A stretch of DNA of 55,945 nucleotides, from positions 1 through 55,945 of the forward strand of contig PDIP01000099.1 in the NCBI GenBank assembly GCA_002811645.1, given 5' to 3'. Every line of letters begins with the position of its first letter. Position 1 is the stretch's first letter. The translations under genes were made by a program, and so were the position numbers. Below, one piece after another: positions 38,989 through 51,400 of this stretch. Under the pieces are notes generated by a model, which saw only the letters and a list, made by a program, of their open reading frames with translations, made no database searches and was not told the DNA's origin. The stretch comes from Corallochytrium limacisporum Hawaii. Its lineage: Eukaryota; Protista; Pluriformea.

Positions 38989-41439
38989 AGCTAAATAGTT
39001 CCCTTGAGTACGGCATCGACCTAAACCATACCTTGGGGATTGCACAATTATGTTCCATGATGTGGACTCCCGCTGGTGTTTCCGCGGGGCCGTTGCACTG
39101 GTTTTGCTGTGTGTAAACGGTGAAACCCTACTGCACCTCCCACGGGGACGGCGACATCCCGGGGCCCTCTCAATTTATCTCAGTGTAATCAATACCTTTC
39201 TCTCCTCCTCACAGTCCACCGTAAAATTAAAATAGTCAGTATATATATAAATGTACGTGGGGACACCTGTGCCAACGACAGTCGTTATAGTAAATGAATA
39301 AAGATATTAAACTTGATTGTCCGTTTTTCTCCATGCATATCCCGCTTACCCGTCAATCTGGCGGGTTGGGAGGGGGTTCAACTTCGTGGCGGGTTGACGG
39401 GTGGCGTACCACCACTACCCCACCTGCCGAGAAGGACCGAGTTCGGGCCCGGCACAAGCGGTAACGAACCAAACCGAGCCGCAGCGATGGGGAGATCCAG
39501 GCATGTGGAGTCCAGTACAATGTTCTTTCCAAATCAGGGTCTCTTCAGGAACCCTCTCCCCTGTTCTACCCTCGTTAACGCCGCTTTGGCACATTTGCAC
39601 TGGACAGGATACCCCATGTGACTGCAGCAACACATTGGTTTGGTGTCGTTCTCTTTCCTTTCGTTTCGGGTGGATCGTTGAAGCACCGCGCGGTTGCCCT
39701 ACTACAAAGGCAGACATGCGCAGAGCCGAAAGTCTGCCGACCCATCGCGGAGGGGATCTCGCAAGTTGGTAGGTTTGGAATGCAGTGTTTGGACCAGAAT
39801 GGTGGGAGCTGGGGGAGACGGTCGGGTCTGGGACACTGCATATCCTCTTGCCTTTTGGGTAACTTCACTTTGCGATGTGTTGAGCATCTGAACGTCATAC
39901 AGCTACCGCAGATACTACGAACGGGAAGGGTCCCACTGCGGTCGGCATGTCTCACACTGTTCAATCGAGTTCCGACCAACTCAGACCGCGCGGAACGGAG
40001 GCCAAGAGTACGCCCGCCACCGAAAACGCGAATCTTCAAATGGCCGGCAGCAGCAAGTGGAGAACCCGACTGTTTCTCCGTCGAGAGACAACTCGATCCT
40101 TAGCCGCTCTCCCAAATGCGGACAAACTGCCCAGACTCCCAAGAGACCCGATGCATACAATTAACAAAACCCCCACGTACACTCACCGGGCGCGTCCCTG
40201 GCACATTTCTCCCGAGCTTTCATGTCTCCAACGATTTGAAAGAAAACCCACAGATAGCTTTTTACCGCAGTGCCACTATACAACTCTCATCAATACCGGG
40301 TATGGCAGGATGGGATCACAGAGCAGAGATTCAAAGGCATCGCACGTGCAGATGGCTGTGTGGGGGTGGTGCGTACCTTAATGTTCGACCCCTAAAATTT
40401 GACAGCCGAGCCCCCCCCCCCCCCCCCATGGTGTTGTAGGCATCCGCAGTGATCGGGTCCTCGTAATCGAGTGTGCCGCCAGCATGTGTACAGTGTCCTC
40501 CGCTTGTGGTTCTACACTCTCAACAACAACAACCCTTTTCTTTTGTCTTTTGTTTTTTTTTTTTTCACCAGCCGCTCTCCCAGCCATTGTCCCACAATAG
40601 CCGCAGTACTGGAGAACAAGAGGTGCGCGGCGAAGGAAACTGAAGGGGGAGTCCAATTTAATCCATTCCCAGGAAGACAAAGGAAAATTTGTTGTACCAT
40701 GAAAAGATGGACTTTGCAGGCCCCTCCCTCCGTGGGCGATCGAGGGGGATGAGGTGGGGGGCGAGCTTTTGGGCAAGTTTGGGGATTGGATCCGGGATCT
40801 CTTTTTTTGCGCCAACAGTAAAAGAGTGATCGCGCAGACCAAGTTACCGTGGCACAGCGTTTGCATGTGTACATGACTGCGGAACGGGAGATCAACATCA
40901 CAGAGATCAATAGTGAGCGTACACACGTAATATATCTCTTTGGTTAAGAACAAACTGTATTGATTAAACACTGGTTAAAAGTGAGATAGATGGTCATGAT
41001 GGTTGTTGACCATGGCATTGTTCAAACTATCCGCAACCGTAAGGTACTGTTTGGCAAAAGTCTCAAGGAAAACACAGACGAATAGATGTGAAGGGCACGA
41101 TCCTGGAGTGCAATCGGACCTAATGAGGATCCTCCTCCGCCGTGATCTGCGCCCTTCGAGGGCATTAAAAGTTCCTCGCAGACTTGTTCTTCTTGCCAAC
41201 CTTGACGCGGTTTGCCAGAGCCAACGGACCATCGCATACTTGATTAAGTTACCCATGCATACCATTGCAAACGGTTAAGATGATTAAGTTCCTGATGGGC
41301 AAAATTGATTAAGGTTAAAGCCAATGTAGATATCATGGCAACGTGTTTCGTTAAAAAGGGAAAAGAAGAAGTTCCACGTGATGATGGATGAAGGAGTTTT
41401 TGCAATTTTGATATAAAGCCTTCAGACATGTTGAAGCCT

Positions 41440-42339
41440 TCACTGCTGAACCTCCTTTAAACGCACGAGCTTCTCAGTGAGCAGGCGCTGCTGCTCCAGG
41501 AGCATGGCGTACTCGTCTTCCATCCTGTCCTGCTTTGACCGCAGGTTGCGAATCTTGTCTGTGGTCTTGCGGAGAATAACCAGACGGCTGCTCTTGGCTT
41601 CAGTCTTGAGAGCAGGGAAGTACTTGGCCAGTTCCTCAAAGCCACGGCGGACAGCCTCACGACCTTCTTCGGCGTCACCACCGACACTAGAAGCCTGGGC
41701 ACTGATGCTCAGTGCACCGCGAGCAGACATTGGGCGACGGCCAAGCTCTGGAGGGCTCATCTTGCGAGCCATCGACAATGGAGAGGCGTCTGCAGGGCTG
41801 CTGGGCATGCTAGAGCGCGGGCTGGATGCAGCAGAAGGAGAGAAGTTGACGCGTTCTGTCAGTCGCTTCTTGATGCTGGACACGGTCACATGGGTCAGCT
41901 TGCGCTTGCGTGCAGATGACTTAGGGGTGGCAGCAACAGAAACAACATCGACGGAAGCCTCAATAGGCTGCTCGTTGCGAATAGGAGAAGCAGGTAGTGA
42001 GATAAAGGGGTGAATGTCATTGGTATCGCGTTTGGGAGAGGGCTGCAGAGAGGCGATCGAATGGTGCAGGTCCATCTCGGTCATGTCAAGGAGAGAAGCG
42101 GCAATGTCTTCCTCATTGTCCTCCTCGTCATGGAAAGAGTGGAAACCAGTTCCAATGACCTCGCCGTCGGTCACCTCACCCAGGTCCTCCTGGAACTCCA
42201 TAAGGAGGTCCAGAGCCTCAGTGGGCACATTCTTGTTGTTTCCCGCAAAGTCCAGCAGACCCAACAGGTCACCCTCTTCAATGTCGGACCCGTAAGTGTC
42301 CTCTATAAATAGCTCAGATGAATTTGTAACAATCGCCAT
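41440..42339 (-). CDS. Myc-like C-terminal HLH-leucine-zipper protein with a degenerate basic region, 299 aa
   Basis: REAVRRGFEELAKYFPALKTEAKSSRLVILRKTTDKIRNL plus a zipper at the extreme C-terminus aligns by eye to Myc [37 protein letters not shown]. Also EASVDVVSV (Myc box IIIb-like), an RKRK NLS and an acidic N-terminus. Confidence 0.8.
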   Translation of the reverse strand: MAIVTNSSELFIEDTYGSDIEEGDLLGLLDFAGNNKNVPTEALDLLMEFQEDLGEVTDGEVIGTGFHSFHDEEDNEEDIAASLLDMTEMDLHHSIASLQPSPKRDTNDIHPFISLPASPIRNEQPIEASVDVVSVAATPKSSARKRKLTHVTVSSIKKRLTERVNFSPSAASSPRSSMPSSPADASPLSMARKMSPPELGRRPMSARGALSISAQASSVGGDAEEGREAVRRGFEELAKYFPALKTEAKSSRLVILRKTTDKIRNLRSKQDRMEDEYAMLLEQQRLLTEKLVRLKEVQQ

Positions 42340-43049
42340 GATGAGCCTTGATGCATAATCTGTTTACCCGAAACCAAACCTGTTGGTTCTGTTAAATGTG
42401 TCCTGTTATGATACAAGAACTGTTTTCCTAAAGTCCCAAGAAAGTGAAAAAAGGGGTTAAGAAAAAGTCGCTTTTGGTGAAGTCGTAGCTTCTAGATGTG
42501 ATAGAATTGCTAAAAGGCAGTGGGAATGAGCTGTGAGGAGCGATTCGTGGTGCTCGACTCGAACAGCTACATAAGCCTGAATGCTACAACGTCGTAAAAG
42601 GGAGGGTTGTAACGTGAAAACGGCAACGTCAGGATCCAAGGATCATTCAAATAACTGCACAGTACGGCGCCTATTTGAAGTATTCACATATTCTATCTTG
42701 GTGTTTTGTTCGTCGGTAATTTGGACATTAACAACAAACACAACACAACACAAACAATAAAACTTTCCTCGGTAACACAACTGAACGGTTCTTCTCCGAA
42801 GGAAACAAAAGAGACCGTTCAGTAACAACGGAAACGTCTGTTCTCCGCCTGTGCTCCCTTCCCATAGCCCCCGGCTCCGACACATGCCCGCGTGCTCTTC
42901 ATCCTATGCTTTTCTTCTGCCTCACTCTCTCTCCTTGGTTCATGCCGCAGTAGTGTTAGTATAGCCCACGCGTCACGGTTGCCTTTCCCCTCCCTCTCTC
43001 CTTTCTGTCGCTGTGAGTGGGATTGATAATTGTTCCCAACCCCCCCCCC

Positions 43050-43356
43050 NNNNNNNNNNNNNNNNNNNNNNNNNNNNNNNNNNNNNNNNNNNNNNNNNNN
43101 NNNNNNNNNNNNNNNNNNNNNNNNNNNNNNNNNNNNNNNNNNNNNNNNNNNNNNNNNNNNNNNNNNNNNNNNNNNNNNNNNNNNNNNNNNNNNNNNNNNN
43201 NNNNNNNNNNNNNNNNNNNNNNNNNNNNNNNNNNNNNNNNNNNNNNNNNNNNNNNNNNNNNNNNNNNNNNNNNNNNNNNNNNNNNNNNNNNNNNNNNNNN
43301 NNNNNNNNNNNNNNNNNNNNNNNNNNNNNNNNNNNNNNNNNNNNNNNNNNNNNNNN
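43050..43356. other. Assembly gap (N run) flanked by poly-C and GGGG
   Basis: Run of N. Confidence 0.99.
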
Positions 43357-44748
43357 GGGGCCTCTTCTCATTTTGGATTAGAAACAATTAAGGAACACAT
43401 GTGGCCACTACATTTACTATGATGGACCACTCCCCAATTATTTGAAAGGGAAGGAAGGTGGGGGGGGGGAGGAAGAGCGAGGGACAAGAGGTGCGGAGGG
43501 GTCAATTAATCCGCCGCTTCCAAACTGCTCTCTTTCTTCTGCCAGGCACATGCTCAGTATTACAGCACTGGCTCAGTGTCATGGGGAGAGGATAAGCGCC
43601 CCCTTCACCTTCGCCGGGGCGAGAAGGGGGGGGGGGGGAAGAGAGCAGGCGAGAACACCTCCCCTCGTAAGCAGCGAATGGGGAGCCAAATGAAAACAAC
43701 AATAAAGAAAAAGAAGCCTCACATCGCCGCACTTAAGGGGGAAAAAAAAAGAAATCACTATATTTTTCCTCTGCGCGATTTACTGCAGTGGTAACCATTT
43801 TCCTCTTTGCCGAACCTCGACGCGGTCCCCATCCGCCGATGGCCGAAAGGGAGAAGGAGATAAGCGTCTTTTTTGTCGGGGGCAGGAGCTACCTTTTTGG
43901 CACTCCCCGGTTGAGATTTATACCGGTTTATCCATATGTTCAGTACTGGGGGACATGATTTCTGCGGAACCACCGACGCTCTGCTGGCCTCTGCAACAAC
44001 GTTGGTAGTCTGGCCTGTGGATAATTTCTCACTCCCCTCCGCTTCTAGCTTATCACACCCCCTTTTCTTTTTTCCTTAACATTTTCCTTCGCTCTGTCTC
44101 CTCGTCTCTGCGTTTCGGGCCATGTCAACAACTAACGAAGAGGGGGTGCAGACGGGAACTTGAGAAACCAAAGCCACTACTACCAACCACCGGACTTTTT
44201 GACCGCGTGGATAGGCAGGCTATCGCAAGCCATTTTCTTGCAAGAGAATCATACCGTCCTTTGATGAACCGTTCGCAGCGGTCCGTTGCTAATTTCACCA
44301 CTATCCATTTTCTATGGAACGCAAGGGCTCTCCCGCCCACTCCGACGGCTTTGGTCGTGACTGGTCGGACTTTCAGTTGTTGCTTCCCAGATTCCTGCGG
44401 TATCTGTCTCTGTTGTTCTCACTCAGATATAGTCAGGGTCGTTGTCAGAGTCATGCATCCAGCCCCTGCAATCGCTACATTCTCTGTCCTCTTGGAGAAA
44501 TTTGATGAACATCCAATCACACATGATAGGTGTCGCACTATCTCCCTATCTCTCGCCCCCAAGGCCACCGATATACCCTCCAATTTCTTTCTCTGCGCAG
44601 TATTACGCATACTTCAATAGGAAGATAAACAGGGAGCAGCGTGGTGGCTGTTTGGTTGTCTTCTCACTGGCCGGTGGTTGCTGTGAAAATAAGAAGAGAA
44701 AAAAAAGAAGGACAGTCTCTAGTCGCACGCCCGTGCCCAGAGCGTAAG

Positions 44749-44993
44749 NNNNNNNNNNNNNNNNNNNNNNNNNNNNNNNNNNNNNNNNNNNNNNNNNNNN
44801 NNNNNNNNNNNNNNNNNNNNNNNNNNNNNNNNNNNNNNNNNNNNNNNNNNNNNNNNNNNNNNNNNNNNNNNNNNNNNNNNNNNNNNNNNNNNNNNNNNNN
44901 NNNNNNNNNNNNNNNNNNNNNNNNNNNNNNNNNNNNNNNNNNNNNNNNNNNNNNNNNNNNNNNNNNNNNNNNNNNNNNNNNNNNNNNNNNNNN
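44749..44993. other. Assembly gap (N run)
   Basis: Run of N. Confidence 0.99.
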
Positions 44994-45683
44994 AAAGCAG
45001 ATATTTTATTGATGCGATTAAACAACCCAGAAAGAATGAAAAAGCCACTTTTATATTTTGTTCTCAGCAAGCTTAACTGGCGAAGCGATGGCCGATTGTT
45101 TGTCGGCAACTCTTGGCACATTGGCACACCATAGTCATTGTACTGACCGGCAACCCAGGGCTGCCCCAGGGCTGAAGAGAGGGGGAGCGCGAGAGTGACA
45201 GCCAGACGGACGCACAGGAAAGACACTCGCTGACCGAGCGAGAGAGATAGAGAAGAACCGTGGTCTTGGCCAGCGAATTAATGGAACAAGTCTTCTGTAA
45301 TCTTTTATCTTGCCTCCGAGAAACCAAATGGAGTCTCCAAAGACGCTGCGCTGCGACTCATTGGTGGAACAAGGCCCCCCCCCCCCCCGGCCCAAAGCCC
45401 AACCCCCCCGGGAGGGGGGTGGGCCCTTTTCCCGACTCTCCCGGGAGAGAGATGTGCTTTTCACACCAAAGATCTCTCGACTACACCCGTTTCTGCGCTT
45501 GAGAGCAAAAAGGAAGGAATCCCCGAGGACGTTATGACTCAAATGACAAGGGCGCCTGTGTACCACAGCCCTCGTACTTTCCCCGGTCTTTACAGCGCCC
45601 TTTATGGGCGATATCACCATGCTACCCGGAACAAAAGAAGCGAGAAGGAACAAACGAAGAGAGCCCCGGGAGGGGGGGGTTCG

Positions 45684-45701
45684 GTGTGTGTGTGTGTGTG
45701 T
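45684..45701. repeat. (GT)n microsatellite within an orphan GC island
   Basis: Seen directly. Confidence 0.85.
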
Positions 45702-48476
45702 TTGAAGCGGAGGAGTAGCCGATTCTTTCCCGGTCAGCCCTCCCCCCCCCTCGGGGCCTCCCCCAGAACCCAGTCGGGACAGAACGATGCAAGCGAGGGC
45801 TTCCGGATTTACGCTCAGTGCAAACTGCCGCTAGACTAGACATTCACCCGAATTTTACGCGCCACGGCGGAGCGGGGGAGGGTGCGTGTGTGTGAGACGG
45901 GTTTGAATCTCAGGGGCAGATGAATCCGTACTGCCAAAAAATCGTCATCGAACGAACCCGCGTCAGATTACGCAGAGGTCATCTGCGGTACCCTAACCTT
46001 GGGGACAGGTCCGCCCAACACTCGTGTCAGATGTGAAGAAAACTGGGAAGCGCCTCATTATTGTACTATGAAGTTTCAGTTTTAGCTTTAGAAAAAAATT
46101 GAAAACTTTTTACTGAAAACGCTCTACGCAGAACCCTCAACCTTCCTCTTTTTCTCGGTTTTCTTCGACGAGGGGCAATCCCGCCCACCTCTTCAATGCA
46201 TTTGGACATGCGCGGTAACTTCCCCTTCCTACAAGGGAAATCCCACTCCATACTGAATGCATTGGGATTTAGGTCGTACAGAGGAGGATTTGGTACTACG
46301 CAGCAAGAAATGCCTCTCGTCCTTCTATTCGGCCGAAGTGCATCTGCCACGGGCGCCGCATGTGGACAGGGCCGCATGAGTCGACGCTTGTGCCCTGTGA
46401 AAATGATCGCGGCTGCTGCTGGTTCTGCTGTACAGACCAAAGATCGGCAAGCGTCGATCGGGGGAGTCCCCGTTTTTCTTTTTCCTGTTACTTTTGTTGG
46501 GACGAGAACTGTGCAGCTATGGGTTTAGTATGGCAAGAGGTAGGTACCGTTGATTCAAGAAACTAAGGGAGAAGAGAGAGTAAACAAAACTCCCTTGCCA
46601 AGTGAACCAAGACCCGTCCAAGTGCTCATATCTCCCACTTTTTTAAGCACTGTCTCACGCACGAATACGGTAGTGATGATAGCACCACTCATTCAGTATA
46701 GGAAAGTGGTGTCATGATCTATACAAAGCGACCGGGGATATATATCCCTGCTCCGTTGCACAAGAGTGGTCGCACACACACCAGCACCTTGCCCAAATCT
46801 TAAACTCCCCACCCCAAAGCGGAATTTTTGGGCTTCAATGGCTCACGCTTCGCCAGCCATCTCTAATATGGCTCCGCGGGCCCTGGAAATCACAAGCAGG
46901 CCTTGAAATCTCCCCTCATTTTTCTCGCCGCTTACCCCATGTGACAGTATTTTCAAACAATCGGGGAACATATGCACCGGGCAGTGACCCGATAACCAGC
47001 TCGTCGATCTCCTCGGTCCTGAGATGTCCACAAGAGGTGTCATGGAGTATGGGGACTGCGAAACGCACTTTACGCAGGGGTGTGGGCGGACGAGGGTTGC
47101 TGGCGCCTCCGTGTTCGTGTTCGCCGCAGCGCCCGCCAACAACCGAAGCTCTCCATGGTCATATTGTGTGGACCCACCTCTATAATTTGATCTACCAACG
47201 GGATACAGCCTGCCATTCCCTCTCCCGTGCCTTCAGCATTGATGTGGCCATGGTCAGGGTACTCCTTTCGCTGGTGTACAGGAGTTTTACTAGTTCGTTC
47301 CGCTTGTCTGTTTTGAAATCCCTGGTACCTTGTGTGAAAAGGATGATCTCATAGTAATACAGTTTGCAGAGCAGATCGACCTAAGGTCATCGAAATTTTC
47401 CCAGCCCTATCTTTCGGTGCCGTCGTTCTCTAATTTAATACTCCCGCCCATGTGACGGTGATGGGCCCAGTAGCGAATGTACTGTACTTAGGTGTCACCA
47501 ACGTAACCACATACAATGTGGTGCCGGTGATGGTGCTCTTGGCGCCCTGCAATACCGAAGTGTGGAAGCCATGGCAGATGTTGTGTCGGGATGTCACGAG
47601 CCTGGATGTGTCTTCACCGCAGTCCCTCCCCCTCTTTTTTTTTTGTTTCGTGTTCTTTTACTCCTCTTGCTCCCGCCGACGGTCATACAGCGAACGTTGA
47701 ACAAGTACAAATGAACGCACACGAGATCAAGACCACTTCAGATTGTTGTGCACAAGCCCATTTGGGAATTCAATAGTCTATGTATGGAATTTCTAACCTG
47801 CAGTCGAGAGATACGGAAGTGGCAAGTAAGAGACTCATACTTCCACCTTTTCCAGTTCATTTTCTATGAAATGAGATCGGTCCGAATTCCTAAAATTCCA
47901 TTCCGTTGCTCCGACATTGACGTCATGGTTTATTGCTCGGTTAGAGTGAGAACAATCACCAGCACTCCTACATATGACAGCCTCTAACCTGAGCTTCGGG
48001 GCGGGCAGAACCCGTAGAGAGCCGCAGACGCGGATGGCGGGAGAAAGATAAAACTTGCGGGCAGGTTCTTTTGCACTATACCATGTAGCCCACGCGTTCG
48101 CTGCTCACATGGACCACCCCCCCCAACCCCCCTTGGTCCAGCCACTTGCGGTTCACCCTCCGCAGAAGGGGAGAACCCCTCCTCCCACTGCTGCTGTTGA
48201 TGGGAGATCGTTGGTGTGTGAAGCCTCAGATGTGTTATCTGTACTGTTTTTCTACTGTCCATATTTCTACGGCCTACCAGCACGGGGGAAGCGACGTAGG
48301 GTCAGCCTGCGGGTTTAGGACGAAGGCCCCCGTTTAATGAGCCCATGGGACAGGGACTTTGGAAGAAAGTCGACGAGGATGGGGTTCTTCCCGCACTGGG
48401 CTGTGGGCCCTGTTCCAAAAGTTGGGTTGGTCACATGCTTACCAATTTGTTGAAGTGCGTGGAAGTATAATCACCC

Positions 48477-51400
48477 TTAAATCTCGGCGCTGTCCATTCC
48501 GCTGCCGATGACCAGCTTGCCGAAGACTCCTGGGCATGCTAAAAGATGTTCATAGTTTCGTCTTTGAAAGCGCAGGCCAACCCAATCCATGGTTTCAGTT
48601 TGATTTTGGAAAAGTAGCTCATCAATTTGTACATCTTCAGCGCGAACATGGGGATAATGTTCAACTCCGTGTCGATATGAAAAGGGGTTGAAAACAAAGC
48701 TGATGATATGGATAAAATGTTGATGCGTCCTGCTACACCATTGGATCAAAAAGGCCCGGCCGAAGACCGTCCCTGGCATGATCACCGACAAGTTCATCAT
48801 CAGTTTTCATTACATTGTTCTTCACAAACAGCTTACGGAAAACCGAGCACTCCAGTCTATTATCCCTCTGCAAAGAGCACAAGCATGATAGGGCAGATTC
48901 CTTCGAACTCATATTTTTTAATCTCTGGCTGTTTGGGTCCAGGTAGGCCCCTGCACATTTCATGCATGCACCAGAGCGCGCGCGTAAGGCACAGACCCAG
49001 AGAGAGTGAGGCAAGGGAGCGCGAGTGAGCAGGGTTAGAAATTGGTCATGCTGCCTTCGGAACCCCACAAATTTTACAAACGCGTCTGTGAGATCGGGGG
49101 GAGTGGAGAATTTAAAATTTTTCAGTCCACCCGTTCGGATGTAAAGTAGTAATTTTCCCATGTCGGTAGTATGGGGTAGTGACACAATCGAAAATGAACG
49201 GAGCGTGTTCATTTCTCAAGTATTAAGACGTTTTGGGTTGCCAAAACCGACTTTCAAGCGATGGTTGCGGTGCCCAAACTCTTGTGACTAAACCCGCCTT
49301 TTTAGAAACGATTCCCAACGGCCTGATTGTGGTATGTTTTCATGGATTTCCACTCTCCCGTGTGAGGTGAATTCTAACAATTGTATACATTCTGAGCAGT
49401 GATCCTGCTGAATAAGATTCACATGACTCGTCCACAGATGTCTCAGCAGATGAAGAAAATCACAATTCTGCGCCTGGACCGCCATAACAGCCCATGTGAC
49501 GCCGATTCTGATACTCAGAAGGAAGGCACATGTAGCATATTTTGGTCGCAGGAAAGAAAAAACTCCTAAGGACATGCATGTGTGTTTGTTTTGATATATC
49601 TTGTCGTCGTCGTTGTTGGTTTGTGATGAAGGATAAAGAATCATGGCGGACGGATGAACGGGTGAACAATGAATTGATCGCGGTGACTCTGAAATGGTTC
49701 TGACTTGTGAATATATACTAGCACGCCGTTCCAGCAACGACTCAATTTATGTGGATGCTGCATGACCACCGGACAGAGGAAGCCTTAATGTTGTGGCGTT
49801 CGGCAAACCATCCACGCTCTGAAATGGAACACTTGGAGGTAAAAGTGACAGCTGCCAAATAGAGACATTCCTTGAACCTTCCATCGTACTGCTGCGGCCG
49901 GTCGAACACCTTTAGGAGGGTGACCGCGTGGGGCGAATGGGCATCAGAGACAAGAAGCCGTAGACGACACTGAAGCGATTTTACGTTTTGGTGTGTTGTT
50001 TACGTCGTCATATCGATAATGAATGTATGTAAACGCATCCAGTTGATGTACATTTCATGGACAGAAAGATGAGATATGCTGTACGGGTTACTGGGGAAAG
50101 GTACTTGTAAACTCCCTTGTTGTTTACTCTGTTCCGGGGCTTCGAGTGAGCGGTTGCTACTACTGGCAGTTGTCCTGCATAGTGTCTGGTCACATGAAGC
50201 GGAAGCGATTGCAGAGGTCGACTTGTCACTAGCGGCCAGAATGACCGCACTCTATTCAGATCTCCACAGCATGCATTCCACACAGGGCCCAGTCGTCTCC
50301 TCGGCTGGTGTCATAATAAACTGAGACGTCCTCTTGCACTCCATACGACTCTTTGAAGTGAAGTGGGGATGCCCACGCAACGTTCCCATTCGAGCGCACG
50401 TCCAATCAAGGAATGTGAACCCAGTTTGTGGAATGTCAAAGTGGGGCCCACCGGGCTGCAAACTGAAAGATATAACTAACCCAATTCCCGCCCACGTAGT
50501 GGGTGTCCCTCACAGTACCTCTGGAACGGAATGTTTCAGGGGTAGTCTGCTCATGAGCACTATTGCAAGGAGCAACGGTGCACCGATCGTCAACACGTCG
50601 GGTGACAAGTACTGCGCAGAAACTTTGTGTGAATCTTGACGCGGGGGGTGTATAGATATATTGATGATGAGCCGCGCGTTCCAAGACACGAGACCAATTT
50701 CTAGTGGTGTACCCCGAGACCGGCCAGCCATGAAGATTTGATCAGAAGTGGGCGCCAATTCCGTGGTGTCTATGGCAGATAGAGTTCGTGAGAAACTCGA
50801 AATCATAAGCCACAGTGAGAAAGAAACACAAGATGTCGACTGTGGGTCGCCCCAGTAGATGTACCTGAAGAGCGCAACTGCGTTGGAACATCTTCTGCTA
50901 GCGGCACCGACGCGACTGAAGTAGTTGACATGCAGCAGGAACGATTAGGTAGGTGCGGTGGTATGGAGGGAGTGATTGGTTGATGATATAAACAACTGGC
51001 CAGGTCAGTCAACTGCAAAAACAGAAGCACAAAGAGAATATTAAGTCTGTGATACTGTGGTTACCCCCACTGTCTGTGCACGTTAGGACGCAGAGTCAGT
51101 CACCGAAGGGCGGCCCGTCCCTGAGAAACGAAACACCGAAACAGAGGAGAACTGAACCGACAACTGCAGACTTGCAGATGTTCCTGGTCAACCAGCGGAC
51201 GGTGACAATTTAGGTCAGACTTGAAATGATAGCTGCCACCGGACAAGTGAAGAAACAAGCTGTTGGTACATGCCAATGCATGCGTACGAGCAATCTGTTA
51301 GCTCCGTATTGACTCCCGAGACTCTGGTCATTGATTTGCGGATTGCACGGAAGTATGGAGAACCTTCCTCCACTGGGCTTGTTATACCAGCATGAAGTGC

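Noticed and set aside
37268-45226. ORFs containing long X runs
   Set aside because: Artefacts of translating across the N gaps.
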